This document shows, in pieces, positions 53,127 to 64,000 of a stretch of 64,000 nt of DNA; positions within the stretch are counted from its first letter, which is position 1, and every line of letters begins with the position of its first letter. The DNA comes from Pirellulales bacterium (GTDB taxonomy: Bacteria; Planctomycetota; Planctomycetia; Pirellulales; JAEUIK01): positions 160,197-224,196 of the forward strand of contig JAHBXR010000005.1 in assembly GCA_019636335.1 (NCBI GenBank), in the 5' to 3' direction. Position numbers and translations under genes: made by a program. The notes beneath the pieces were generated by a model. The model searched no databases. It was not told the origin of the DNA and saw nothing but the letters and a program-made list of their open reading frames with translations.

Positions 53127-55667
53127 ATGGAATCGGACAAGCTTTCTGCTCCCGCCCGCACGAACCGCCATCCGTTCTCGATCGGGCAACACGGGGTCAT
53201 CGCTTTGACCTGTGCAGGTTTGTTGTTCGTGCTCGGCATGCGGGGACTGGCCGCCGAAGAGATGCCCCCCGCGGGGGACGAAACCGCGCTCGAGGCGATC
53301 GTCGTCGGAACGCCCGAGCGGATCGAAGTCTTTCCGTCGAGCTTCAAGCTCGATACCGTTCGTCGCCGACTGCACCCGGTCGTCACAGGTTATTACGCCG
53401 ACGGCAACGTCCAAGACCTGACTCGTGCGGCGGAGTTCGTGGCCGAGGACCCGACGTTTCTCCGCCTCGAAAACGGCGTGGTGGCGCCGCTCGCCGACGG
53501 CTCGACGAACCTGATCGTGCGTGTGGGCGGGCACGAAGCGCGCGTGCCGGTCGAGGTCTCGCATCAGCAAGAGGCCGATCCCGTTTCGTTCGAGTATGGC
53601 GCACTGGTCGCGCTCTCGAAGCAGGACTGCAACTCGGGGGCCTGCCACGGTTCTCCGAGCGGCAAAGGAGGCTTCCGCCTGTCGCTGAGGGCCTACGATC
53701 CCGTGCTCGACACGTTGACCCTGGTGCGCGAATCGGCCAATCGGCGCACGAATGTGGAAGAGCCCGAGGCGAGCCTGCTGCTGCGCAAGCCGTTGATGGA
53801 AGTGGCCCACGGCGGCGGGCGGCGGATGACCAAGGATTCGCCCGCCTATGAACTGCTGCGTGATTGGATCAGCGAAGGCTTGCGTCCCGACGCGCCGGAG
53901 GCCCCCCGTTGCGAGCGTATTGAAGTCTATCCCCAGCAGCGCATTCTGCATCGGCCGGCGCACACGCAACAATTGTGCGTCTTGGCGCATTTCTCCGACG
54001 GCACGGTGCGCGACATTACGGAGATCGCCAGCTTTTCGAGCTCGGACGAGGCGGTGGCCAAGGTCGATGCCCAGGGCTTCGTCGTCGGCGTCGATCGAGG
54101 CGAAGCGGCGATCCTGGTGCGTTATCTCGAGTTCATTGAGACGTCGTCGATCACCTTTCTCAAGCAGATCGAAGGGTTCGAGTGGTCCAGCCCCTCCAGC
54201 GCGAACGAGATCGATCGGCTCGTGTTCGACAAGCTGCAGCAGATGCAGATCGCTCCCTCGGAGCTGTGTACGGATGAAGAGTTCGTGCGCCGCGTGCATC
54301 TCGACGTATTGGGCCGGTTGCCGACGATCGCCGAGTCGAGCGAGTTCCTGGCCGATGCCTCGCCCACGAAGCGCGACGAGTTGATCGAGCGCCTGTTCGA
54401 CGCCCCCGAGTACGCCGAGTTCTGGGCGCTGAAGTGGGGGGACTTGCTGCGTTTGAACAACAAGAAGGTGACCGCGGCCGGCGTGCCGAAGTTCCATCGC
54501 TGGCTCGTCGCCGCGGTGCGCGACAACATGCCGTACGATCAATTCGTGCGGGCCTTGCTGACCTCGACGGGGAGCACGTTCGACAACCCGCCGGCGAACT
54601 ATTTCCGTTCGGCGGCCGATACGAACGATTGCACCGAGACCACGGCGCAATTGTTTCTGGGCATTCGCATCCAATGCGCGAAGTGCCACAACCATCCGTT
54701 CGAGCGTTGGACGCAGGACAACTACTACGGGATTGGCGCGTTCTTCAATCGGGTGCAACGCAAGCCCGGCACGCAGGCCGAAGAGCAGGTCGTGTTTGTC
54801 GCCCGCAAGGGCGAAGTGACTCAGCCGCGCACGGGCAAGCAGATGGCGCCCTGGCTGCCGCTCCGCGGCGCGGCCGAAGTGCCGGCCGAGGAAGATCGCC
54901 GCGCGAGCCTGATGGCCTGGCTGGTCGAGCCGGACAATCCTTTCTTCCCCCAGGCCGAAGTGAATCGCATCTGGGGGCACCTGCTGGGACGCGGCATCGT
55001 CGAGCCGGTGGATGATTTCCGGGCGTCGAATCCGCCCTCGAACAAGCCGCTGCTGGAGTGGCTGGCCAAGGACTTCGTCGAGCACGGCTTCGATCGCGAG
55101 CACGTGCTGAAGACGATTCTCAAGAGCCATACCTATCAGCTCAGCTCGCGCAAGAACGACTTCAACAAGGACGACGCGAAGTATTTCTCGCATGCCAAGA
55201 CGCGGCTGCTCTCGGCCGAGCAATTGCTCGACGCGATTTGCCAGGTGACCGGCGTGCAAGAGAAGTACGCGGGGTTGCCCTCGGGCACGCGTGCGGCCTC
55301 GCTCCCCACGCCCGACGTGGCGAACGACTTCCTCAAGGTCTTCGGCCAACCGGCGCGCGAGATGGCCTGCCAGTGCGAGCGTTCGAACGAATCGAACCTG
55401 TCGCAGGCGCTGCAGATGATCAATGGCCCGCTCGTTCACGGCAAGCTCACCGCCGAGAACAATCGCCTGCGGCAGCTCGCCGCGGCAGGGCGCACGAACG
55501 AGGAGATCGTCGACGAGCTCTACATGTCGGCCCTGGCGCGCAAGCCCAGCGAGCCGGAGATGGCGGCCGCGATCAAGCACATTTCGGCGCAGCCTGACCG
55601 TAACGCGGCGCTCGAGGATGTCTGCTGGGCGCTGCTGAACGCCAAGGAGTTCTTGTTCCAGCACTAA
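53127..55667 (+). CDS. Big_2-like / DUF1549 (PSCyt2) / DUF1553 (PSD1) protein
   Basis: In-frame ATG 53127 within track ORF 53034..55667. DUF1549 block: FVRRVHLDVLGRLPTIAESSEFL...FWALKWGDLLR. DUF1553 block: IQCAKCHNHPFERWTQDNYYGIGAFF. C-terminal EVCWALLNAKEFLFQH. Confidence 0.88.
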   Translation: MESDKLSAPARTNRHPFSIGQHGVIALTCAGLLFVLGMRGLAAEEMPPAGDETALEAIVVGTPERIEVFPSSFKLDTVRRRLHPVVTGYYADGNVQDLTRAAEFVAEDPTFLRLENGVVAPLADGSTNLIVRVGGHEARVPVEVSHQQEADPVSFEYGALVALSKQDCNSGACHGSPSGKGGFRLSLRAYDPVLDTLTLVRESANRRTNVEEPEASLLLRKPLMEVAHGGGRRMTKDSPAYELLRDWISEGLRPDAPEAPRCERIEVYPQQRILHRPAHTQQLCVLAHFSDGTVRDITEIASFSSSDEAVAKVDAQGFVVGVDRGEAAILVRYLEFIETSSITFLKQIEGFEWSSPSSANEIDRLVFDKLQQMQIAPSELCTDEEFVRRVHLDVLGRLPTIAESSEFLADASPTKRDELIERLFDAPEYAEFWALKWGDLLRLNNKKVTAAGVPKFHRWLVAAVRDNMPYDQFVRALLTSTGSTFDNPPANYFRSAADTNDCTETTAQLFLGIRIQCAKCHNHPFERWTQDNYYGIGAFFNRVQRKPGTQAEEQVVFVARKGEVTQPRTGKQMAPWLPLRGAAEVPAEEDRRASLMAWLVEPDNPFFPQAEVNRIWGHLLGRGIVEPVDDFRASNPPSNKPLLEWLAKDFVEHGFDREHVLKTILKSHTYQLSSRKNDFNKDDAKYFSHAKTRLLSAEQLLDAICQVTGVQEKYAGLPSGTRAASLPTPDVANDFLKVFGQPAREMACQCERSNESNLSQALQMINGPLVHGKLTAENNRLRQLAAAGRTNEEIVDELYMSALARKPSEPEMAAAIKHISAQPDRNAALEDVCWALLNAKEFLFQH

Positions 55668-55758
55668 CAGCCTGGGAACGTGCTTCCGTTGCTCGGCAGC
55701 CCCGGCGCGGGGCCTCCCGAGCTCTGATCCAGGCGTTGGCAGCCTGCGCGTGGCGGCG

Positions 55759-56556
55759 CTACGGAGCAGCCGGCTCCGTGCCGAAGTCGATCAGTTCGAG
55801 CGTGCTGCGTCGCACGAGATGTCCCTCGGCATCGAGTTCCTTGGACCAGCGGGCCACCACGCCACCGGGAATCTCGCCGCTGCGCAGCGTGAGCGATCGC
55901 TCGATGGCCCCCTTCGACTTGCGTGCCGTCTCTTGCCAGACCGCCACGTGGCGCGTTTCTCCGGCCAGGGTGCGATAGGGCATGTCGAGCGCGATGACTT
56001 CGCCGGTCGACTGGCTGGTGGTTTCGCCCCGGTCATCGGTCGTGGTGACTTCGGTACGCAGCACGTGGGGATACTGCGTGGCCGAGTAGTAGATCTTGGC
56101 CTGCGTGCGTCCGGCCTTTTCGACGATTTCGGCCTGTTCGATCTGGCAAGGAATCTGCTTGCCTTCGATCGTGACATGGCCGTCACCGAGAGCTTGCAAC
56201 TTGACCTCGGCGGTCGCCTTCACGCTTTGGCCGCCGAAGAGCTGACGCACCGTTTGCGAGGGGGCGTCGAACGTCTTGCCGGCCACGTCGACCTTGGCAT
56301 CGACCTTCAATTCCACGCTGCTGTCGCCGATGCTCACGAGCGTCGTCGTCTGCAACGAGGTGCTCATGTCGGAGACGGCGCCATCGGGAGCGATCGTCTC
56401 GATGACGATTTTCAGGCGGCTCCACGCCCCGGGCTCGAAGCGTCCCCAGGCCGTGCTCGACGGCGCGAGGACGCTCGACGGCGACTGGGCGCGCGCGTGC
56501 GGCGCGAGGGCCAGGCTCAGGCACGCCAGCAGCAAACCAACTAGCTTCCGCACCAC
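55759..56556 (-). CDS. Secreted hypothetical protein (beta-rich)
   Basis: ORF 55759..56667. I prefer GTG 56556 or 56553, with GGGAGA just upstream, giving the signal VVRKLVGLLLACLSLALAPHARAQ. No family recognised. Confidence 0.55.
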   Translation of the reverse strand: MVRKLVGLLLACLSLALAPHARAQSPSSVLAPSSTAWGRFEPGAWSRLKIVIETIAPDGAVSDMSTSLQTTTLVSIGDSSVELKVDAKVDVAGKTFDAPSQTVRQLFGGQSVKATAEVKLQALGDGHVTIEGKQIPCQIEQAEIVEKAGRTQAKIYYSATQYPHVLRTEVTTTDDRGETTSQSTGEVIALDMPYRTLAGETRHVAVWQETARKSKGAIERSLTLRSGEIPGGVVARWSKELDAEGHLVRRSTLELIDFGTEPAAP

Positions 56557-56766
56557 ATTCTCCCACTGCCGTCGCGAAGACAGCGCGGCTCCGCCGTGTT
56601 GACCGGTCCGAACACCGGTCGCGTCGCGCCGGACTCCCGTCCGCACGCCCGCGGCCGGATGAATCACTCTAGCTCACGGGTCCTGCGCCGGTCTCCCCGT
56701 GGGCCCCGAGACCGTGACGGTTGTGAGCTCTGTAACAGTTTTGCCCATTTCGGCCGCACGATGACG

Positions 56767-57081
56767 CTAGCCATACCAATCGAGCACGTGTACCCCATCC
56801 AGCCCGCCGTCGAGGTGGGGACGGTACTTCTCGAGGATCGCGACATGATCCGGATGAGGCAGGTACACGTCGCGCGTGGCGGCATCGGCAAACGTCATCA
56901 CGAAGCCATGCGTGTAGCCTTGCGACAGACCGTCGAGGCTGCAATCAGCTCCCCCGGTGAATCCGCTGATGCCGGGCAGCTTGTCGACCAAGGCGCGCAG
57001 ATCGGCGAAGAATTCGTCGATCGTGCGCTGCGGCGTGCCGACGGCGAACTTGACGAGTACGCAGTGCTGGATACAAGGCAT
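56767..57081 (-). CDS. Dabb (stress-responsive alpha/beta barrel) family protein
   Basis: 104 aa: IQHCVLVKF...ISGFTGGADCS...GYTHGFVMTFADAATRDVYLPHPDHV. Confidence 0.85.
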   Translation of the reverse strand: MPCIQHCVLVKFAVGTPQRTIDEFFADLRALVDKLPGISGFTGGADCSLDGLSQGYTHGFVMTFADAATRDVYLPHPDHVAILEKYRPHLDGGLDGVHVLDWYG

Positions 57082-57109
57082 GGAAAGTCTCGAGACGGAA
57101 TGGCCCGCG

Positions 57110-58216
57110 TTAGACGCGCGGAATCTTGATCCGCACGCCCCCCTTCATGGCCGATTGATGCGCGCAGATGCCGGTCATCGTCCAGTTGGCGCTGGTGCGC
57201 GCGTCGGGACGAGGGGGACGCTTCTCGACGATCGCGCGAATGAACTCGTGCGCCATGTGCGGATGCGAACCGCCATGCCCCGAACCCTGCGTGAACGACA
57301 AATGCTGCGACTCTTCCGAGTCGTAGACCCCTTTCGTCGTGAAGCGGCGAATCGCCTCGGGCAGGCGATAGGCGAAGTCGGGCACGTCGACGCGCTCGGG
57401 CGACTCGCCCCGATGCATCACCGGCTGCTCGTGCTCGATCCGCGACCACTCGAAGCTCACCTTGTCGCAATAAACGTCGAAGCTTTCGATGTACTGCCGG
57501 GCCGTCTCGAAGAGGCTGCGCGTCACCTCGGCGCACAGATTCGAGTCGGCCAGCTTGATCGTGGCGGTTTCCACGGCGAAGGGAGAACCGTACTTGGCCG
57601 TGAGCTCCTCGCTGATCTGACCCGATCCGTGGCAGACGACCGATTCGGCCAGCTTGTCGGGCAGCGCCAGGCAGGGGCTCACGCAGTGCGTGGCGTAGTG
57701 CATGGGGGGCAGGCCTTCCCAGTAGCCGGGCCAGCCCGCCATCTCCTGCTGGTGCGAGCCGCGGAGAAACTGAATGCGGCCCAGTTCGCCTTCGTCGTAA
57801 AGCTGCTTGATCAGGAGGAACTCGCGACTGTAGACGACCGTCTCCATCATCATGTAATGGCGACGCGCACGGCGTTGGGCTTTGACGATCTCCTTGCATT
57901 CTTCGATCGTGGTGGCCATCGGCACCGTGCAGGCCACATGTTTCTTGGCCTCGAGCCCCTTGATGCTCATCCAGGCATGATCGGGAATCGGCGAGTTGAT
58001 ATGCACCGCGTCGACCGCCGGATCTTCTAGCACGTCTTCGTAGCGGGTATAGCGCTTTTCGACCCCGAAGGCATCGCCGATCTGATTCAACTTCTCGGCA
58101 CTGCGCTGGCAGATGGCATAGATCTCGGCTTCGGGATGGTTTTGATAGATCGGGATGAACTCGGCGCCGAAGCCCAGCCCGATGATCGCTACCCGTACCT
58201 TTTTCCTGCGTGACAT
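57110..58216 (-). CDS. Gfo/Idh/MocA family oxidoreductase
   Basis: ORF 57110..58291. I prefer ATG 58216 (MSRRKKVRVAIIGLGFGAEF). Only 28 nt upstream of the Dabb gene. Confidence 0.9.
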   Translation of the reverse strand: MSRRKKVRVAIIGLGFGAEFIPIYQNHPEAEIYAICQRSAEKLNQIGDAFGVEKRYTRYEDVLEDPAVDAVHINSPIPDHAWMSIKGLEAKKHVACTVPMATTIEECKEIVKAQRRARRHYMMMETVVYSREFLLIKQLYDEGELGRIQFLRGSHQQEMAGWPGYWEGLPPMHYATHCVSPCLALPDKLAESVVCHGSGQISEELTAKYGSPFAVETATIKLADSNLCAEVTRSLFETARQYIESFDVYCDKVSFEWSRIEHEQPVMHRGESPERVDVPDFAYRLPEAIRRFTTKGVYDSEESQHLSFTQGSGHGGSHPHMAHEFIRAIVEKRPPRPDARTSANWTMTGICAHQSAMKGGVRIKIPRV

Positions 58217-58366
58217 AGTCGCGGTGCTCCCTCGCGATGGTGAACGGTCGCAGACGTGCCTCACGGCCAGCGCACGAAGCCAGCCAGGCACGACTGGAAC
58301 GAATCAGGTCTCCCCGAAAGAGCCGTATGGTACCGGCACGGAGGGGACGGGGCAAGAAACGCGCTT

Positions 58367-59410
58367 CTACGGCCCCACGACCGCCGGCAGCGTCTCGCGC
58401 AGCCAGGCGAGAATCGCCTCGGCGGCCAGGGCGTGCGCTCGCTCATTCGGATGCGCATCGAAGGCATTCACGATCAGGCCTTCTTCCACATGGGGATAGA
58501 GCGCCGTCCGCAGATCGAGATACGGAATATCTTCGGCCCGACAGAAGGCCTCGAGCTTCGCATAGGCTCGATCGTAGGGCCCCATCTCGCGCGGATCGAT
58601 AAAGGGAAACATGACGATCGCCAAGGGTGTTTCGCGCTCGCGGCAGACTGCGACCAACTCGCGCAGGCGCGCTTGCTGGCGGTCCCACAACTCACCTTCG
58701 TAGGCAGCGGCCAGATCCTGGTAGTGATTCGTCGAATCGGGATCGGTGGCCACGATCCAGCGGCAGTGCCAGATGTCGATCGCGTAGCTGTTTCGCAGCG
58801 CGCCGATGCTCGCGGCCCGGGCACTCAACCGCTCGACCTGCCCCGGCAATTGGGGCAGCAGGTCGATGAGATCGTTCGCGCAGTAGATGAGGACGACCGC
58901 GTCCGTCCGATAACCGCCGTCGAAGCCGCGGCGGAGCATGTCGATTTGAGGTCCCGTGTCGAGCCCGTTGCGTGCCAGGCAGTGGACCTCGCAATGCGGG
59001 GCCAGCTTGCGCCGCAGGATATTGGCAAAGCGGTCTTCGACCCGGCGCATGCCGTGGCCGGCGGTGAACGAGTCGCCGACAAAGCTCAGGCGACGCACCC
59101 CGGGAGGCTTTTCCGAATGGTACTCGACATTGTCGCGCAGCCCGGCCTCGTTCATCCGGTAGTAACGATCGAACCAGCGTTGCGATGAAAGGCTCAACGA
59201 CGATGCGTCCGATTCATCGTAGAAGTAGCGGTAGTAGGTTTCGGCCGCCAGAAAAATCACACCGAGCGAGGCGAGCAACACCGCCAGATTGCCCAATACC
59301 AGCCAGAACCAGTGCCGGCGCACGCGATAGCGCAACATCGCCATGCGCAGCACCAACAGACACACGGCCGCGATCGTAAGAGGGATCAGGTAAACGACGA
59401 AGGTGGACAC
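58367..59410 (-). CDS. Membrane-anchored SGNH/GDSL hydrolase
   Basis: ORF 58367..59734. Start uncertain: GTG 59410 or ATG 59344. Two N-terminal TM helices. Block I is SFVGDSFTAGHG and block V is FDAHPNERAH. Confidence 0.75.
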   Translation of the reverse strand: MSTFVVYLIPLTIAAVCLLVLRMAMLRYRVRRHWFWLVLGNLAVLLASLGVIFLAAETYYRYFYDESDASSLSLSSQRWFDRYYRMNEAGLRDNVEYHSEKPPGVRRLSFVGDSFTAGHGMRRVEDRFANILRRKLAPHCEVHCLARNGLDTGPQIDMLRRGFDGGYRTDAVVLIYCANDLIDLLPQLPGQVERLSARAASIGALRNSYAIDIWHCRWIVATDPDSTNHYQDLAAAYEGELWDRQQARLRELVAVCRERETPLAIVMFPFIDPREMGPYDRAYAKLEAFCRAEDIPYLDLRTALYPHVEEGLIVNAFDAHPNERAHALAAEAILAWLRETLPAVVGP

Positions 59411-59514
59411 CCTCTCAGTATAATCGAAGCGAGAGGAGATGCTTCGAGCGAGGGACGAGGGACGAGGGAGAAATCCTCGTCGAGCGACGGGCGGACGACG
59501 GCCACCGTCTGACC

Positions 59515-61023
59515 TCAGGCCATGATCTCGCGAATCACGCGGCCGTGTACATCGGTCAGACGTTCGTCGCGCCCCTGGTGGAAGTAGTTCAGCCGTTCGT
59601 GATCGAGCCCCATCAGCGCGAGCAGCGTGGCGTGAATATCGTGCAAATGCACGGGATTCTCTTCGGCCGCGAAGCCAAATTCGTCGGTGGCGCCGTACGA
59701 TGTTCCCCCGCGGACGCCACCCCCGGCCACCCACATCGTAAAGCCATAGGGATTGTGATTGCGTCCGGGGGCGCCTTCACCTTCGGCGAAGGGCATGCGG
59801 CCGAACTCTCCGCCCCAGAGAATCAGCGTGCTCTCGAGCAAGCCGCGCTCGGCCAGGTCAGTGAGCAGCGCCGCGATCGGCTGATCGGTTTCGCCGGCGT
59901 GGCGGCTGTGATTCTTTTCGACACTTTCGTGGGCGTCCCAGGTCTCTTCCAGATGCCCGCCACCGCTGTACAGTTGCACGAAGCGCACGCCGCGCTCGAC
60001 GAGTCGCCGCGCGATGAGGCAATTGCGGCCGAATTCGTCGGTGGGCGCCTGGCCGACACCGTAGGCGTCGAGCGTGGCCTGGCTCTCGCTGGCCAGGTCG
60101 ACCGCCTCGGGGGCTTCGGCCTGCATGCGAAAGGCCAACTCGTAACTTTGGATCCGCGCGGCGAGTTCGTCACCTCCGCTGCGCGTGGCAAGGTGCTCGT
60201 CGTTCAGTCGCGCGAGCAGGTCGAGCTGAGCGCGCTGCGCATCGCGATCGACATGGGCCGGTCCGCGCAGGTCGAGCACCGGATCGCCCGTCGGTCGAAA
60301 GAGAGTGCCCTGGTAGCCGGCGGGCATGTAGCCTGCCGACCAGTTCGGCTGACCGCTGATCGGACCGCCCCGTTTATCGAGGATCACTACATAGCCGGGC
60401 AGGTTTTGATTCTCCGTGCCCAGGCCATAAAGGGCCCAACTGCCGAGCGACGGCTTGCCGATGAACGTGCTGCCGGTATTCATCGCCACGAGGGCGGACC
60501 CGTGCGCGTGACTATCGGTATGACACGAGCGGATGAGCGCGAGCTTATCGGCGTGCTCGCGGATGCGGGGAAAGTAGTCGGAGATCATCAGGCCGCTCTG
60601 ACCGCCGGGGCGAAACTCGCGCCAGGCCGGGGTGAGAAAGCCCATCTTCCGTCCGCCGGAATTCGTAAACGACTTGTCCGCCGGCAACGACTGACCCGCG
60701 TACTTGGCGAGCGACGGCTTGTAGTCGAAGGTATCGATGTGACTCGGCCCGCCATTCATCATCAAGAAGATGACGCTGCGCACCGGCGACTTGAAATGCG
60801 ACTTTCGCGGCGCGAGAGGACCTTCCGATGACAACTCGGCGGCCAGACCGTGCCGCGCGAAGAAACCATCGCCGGCCAGCAAGGTCGAGAGGGCCAGTCC
60901 GGCGAAACCGGCTCCCATTTCCCAGACGAACTCGCGGCGTGTCTGGCCGCAGGGAAACAGTCCCTTAGGGCGCGCGGCCGAGCTTCGCGGGGCGGAACTC
61001 GAAGGGAATGATCGCTGCGACAT
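59515..61023 (-). CDS. DUF1501 (sulfatase-like) protein with a Tat signal
   Basis: RREFVWEMGAGFAGLALSTLLAG, NGGPSHIDTFDYKP, WDAHE, GGEFGR. Lies 14 nt downstream of the DUF1549/DUF1553 gene. Confidence 0.92.
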   Translation of the reverse strand: MSQRSFPSSSAPRSSAARPKGLFPCGQTRREFVWEMGAGFAGLALSTLLAGDGFFARHGLAAELSSEGPLAPRKSHFKSPVRSVIFLMMNGGPSHIDTFDYKPSLAKYAGQSLPADKSFTNSGGRKMGFLTPAWREFRPGGQSGLMISDYFPRIREHADKLALIRSCHTDSHAHGSALVAMNTGSTFIGKPSLGSWALYGLGTENQNLPGYVVILDKRGGPISGQPNWSAGYMPAGYQGTLFRPTGDPVLDLRGPAHVDRDAQRAQLDLLARLNDEHLATRSGGDELAARIQSYELAFRMQAEAPEAVDLASESQATLDAYGVGQAPTDEFGRNCLIARRLVERGVRFVQLYSGGGHLEETWDAHESVEKNHSRHAGETDQPIAALLTDLAERGLLESTLILWGGEFGRMPFAEGEGAPGRNHNPYGFTMWVAGGGVRGGTSYGATDEFGFAAEENPVHLHDIHATLLALMGLDHERLNYFHQGRDERLTDVHGRVIREIMA

Positions 61024-61037
61024 CGCGTGTGGCTCAC

Positions 61038-62966
<1,929 letters not shown>

Positions 62967-63128
62967 CGAGCATGCCTCGCACCGCAACTACCTGGCCGTG
63001 ACGACGGCGAAATGGACCGCACTCTCACGCAGATCAGGGCTTCATCGTAGCCCTGGCCGAATCTGGCGGCAAATTTATTTGGCGTCCGGCCGGAAGCAAA
63101 AAGAAGGTCGCGGCGGTACGCCAACGAC

Positions 63129-63923
63129 TCAGGCCGAAGCGGGCCAAAGCTGCCAGACGACGACGGCGATTCCGACCGGGATGCACCAGTAGGCGAACTG
63201 GTAGAAACGCCCCTTTTGCAACCAACTGCGGAGCCAAGAGAGGGCGACCACGCCGGTGACGAACGAGATGAATGCTCCCACGCCCAAGTGGAACCAGGGG
63301 ATCGTGCTAATCTCGTTTTGCGTTGCGTCGTGCAGCACGAGCACGCACGCTCCCGCGACCGCCGGCAGGGCGAGCAGAAAGGAAAACGTGGCGGCCGCCT
63401 CCGGCGCCACCCCCAGGAACAACGCCGTGGCGATCGTCGAACCGCTGCGCGAGGCGCCCGGCAGGATTGCGAACGCCTGCGCCGCGCCAATCAGCACCGC
63501 CTGGCGATAGGTGAGATTGACGTAATCCGTGTTGCCGGGTGTCGTGCGTCCGCTGGTCCAGAGCAGGATGCCCGTCACGGGCAGCATCAACCCGGCCAGC
63601 AGCGTGCTCTCGAGGACCGGCTCGCAGTACCACTTTAAGGGGAGCCCGACGACGACCGCCGGAATGGTGCCAGCCACGACGAGGCCGATCACGCGCCGAT
63701 CCGAACCCAGCAGTCGCCAGATACGATTCCAGTACACGACCAGAATCGACAAGAGGGTGCCTCCGTGCAGGGCCACGTTGAGCGTGAGGGGATCTTCCAG
63801 ATGAATGCCGCTGAACTTCTCGAGCAGGGCCTCGGCGATCAGCAAGTGGCCGTCCGAGCTGATCGGCAGAAACTCCGTGATTCCCTGCACCACGCCGACG
63901 ATGATGACGGTCAACCAATCCAT
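63129..63923 (-). CDS. uppP: Undecaprenyl-diphosphate phosphatase
   Basis: MDWLTVIIVGVVQGITEFLPISSDGHLLI plus PGASRSGSTI; polytopic, 264 aa. Confidence 0.95.
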   Translation of the reverse strand: MDWLTVIIVGVVQGITEFLPISSDGHLLIAEALLEKFSGIHLEDPLTLNVALHGGTLLSILVVYWNRIWRLLGSDRRVIGLVVAGTIPAVVVGLPLKWYCEPVLESTLLAGLMLPVTGILLWTSGRTTPGNTDYVNLTYRQAVLIGAAQAFAILPGASRSGSTIATALFLGVAPEAAATFSFLLALPAVAGACVLVLHDATQNEISTIPWFHLGVGAFISFVTGVVALSWLRSWLQKGRFYQFAYWCIPVGIAVVVWQLWPASA

Positions 63924-64000
63924 GCCGGCGGCTCAGTCAGAGAACAGGGACAAGAGAGCAATGCTAGCAGTCGAACGGATCGTATCGAACGACGCTGCCC

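Overview
GC-rich bacterial chromosome segment, most likely a planctomycete of the Pirellula type. This is inferred from the gene content: a DUF1559 pseudopilin with an H-X9-DG tail, DUF1549/DUF1553 and DUF1501 genes, a DUF1598-like protein, and an N-terminal LEERALLAV motif on a giant secreted protein. I support about 42 protein genes. I found no rRNA, tRNA, CRISPR array, transposase or prophage genes. Main blocks: (i) a partial TIGR03032-family gene, an M16 peptidase pair, a GNAT and a sugar-phosphate isomerase; (ii) a flagellar regulatory and export cluster, flhA-flhF-flhG-(small membrane ORF)-fliA, followed by an orphan beta-class DNA methyltransferase; (iii) an ~18 kb co-directional minus-strand block of unusual secreted or envelope proteins, divergent from an FHA-GAF-sigma54 activator. 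The block holds a DUF1598-like protein, an ABM monooxygenase, a 1696-aa TM/caspase-like/vWA giant, a 1884-aa beta-helix/RTX giant with ~681-bp tandem repeats, an S1C protease/DUF1080-like/SirB1-like fusion and a TPR/peroxiredoxin fusion; (iv) housekeeping or hydrolase genes (Gfo/Idh/MocA, ceramidase-like, S9, M28-PDZ, 2-hydroxyacid dehydrogenase, Ser/Thr kinase, alpha/beta hydrolase, class II aldolase); (v) typical planctomycete DUF1559, PPC, PSD and DUF1501 genes, and uppP. Most noteworthy: a 322-bp nested-palindrome element that exactly fills one convergent intergenic gap, next to a hypothetical protein with a HEPN-like RNGLAH motif; the giant protein whose caspase-like module has His where the catalytic Cys is expected; and an FlhG whose P-loop lysine is replaced by Thr. 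The supplied ORF track uses GTG and TTG starts and contains many antisense shadow ORFs, so I adjusted several start codons by eye. All family assignments are from motif recognition only; no searches were run.
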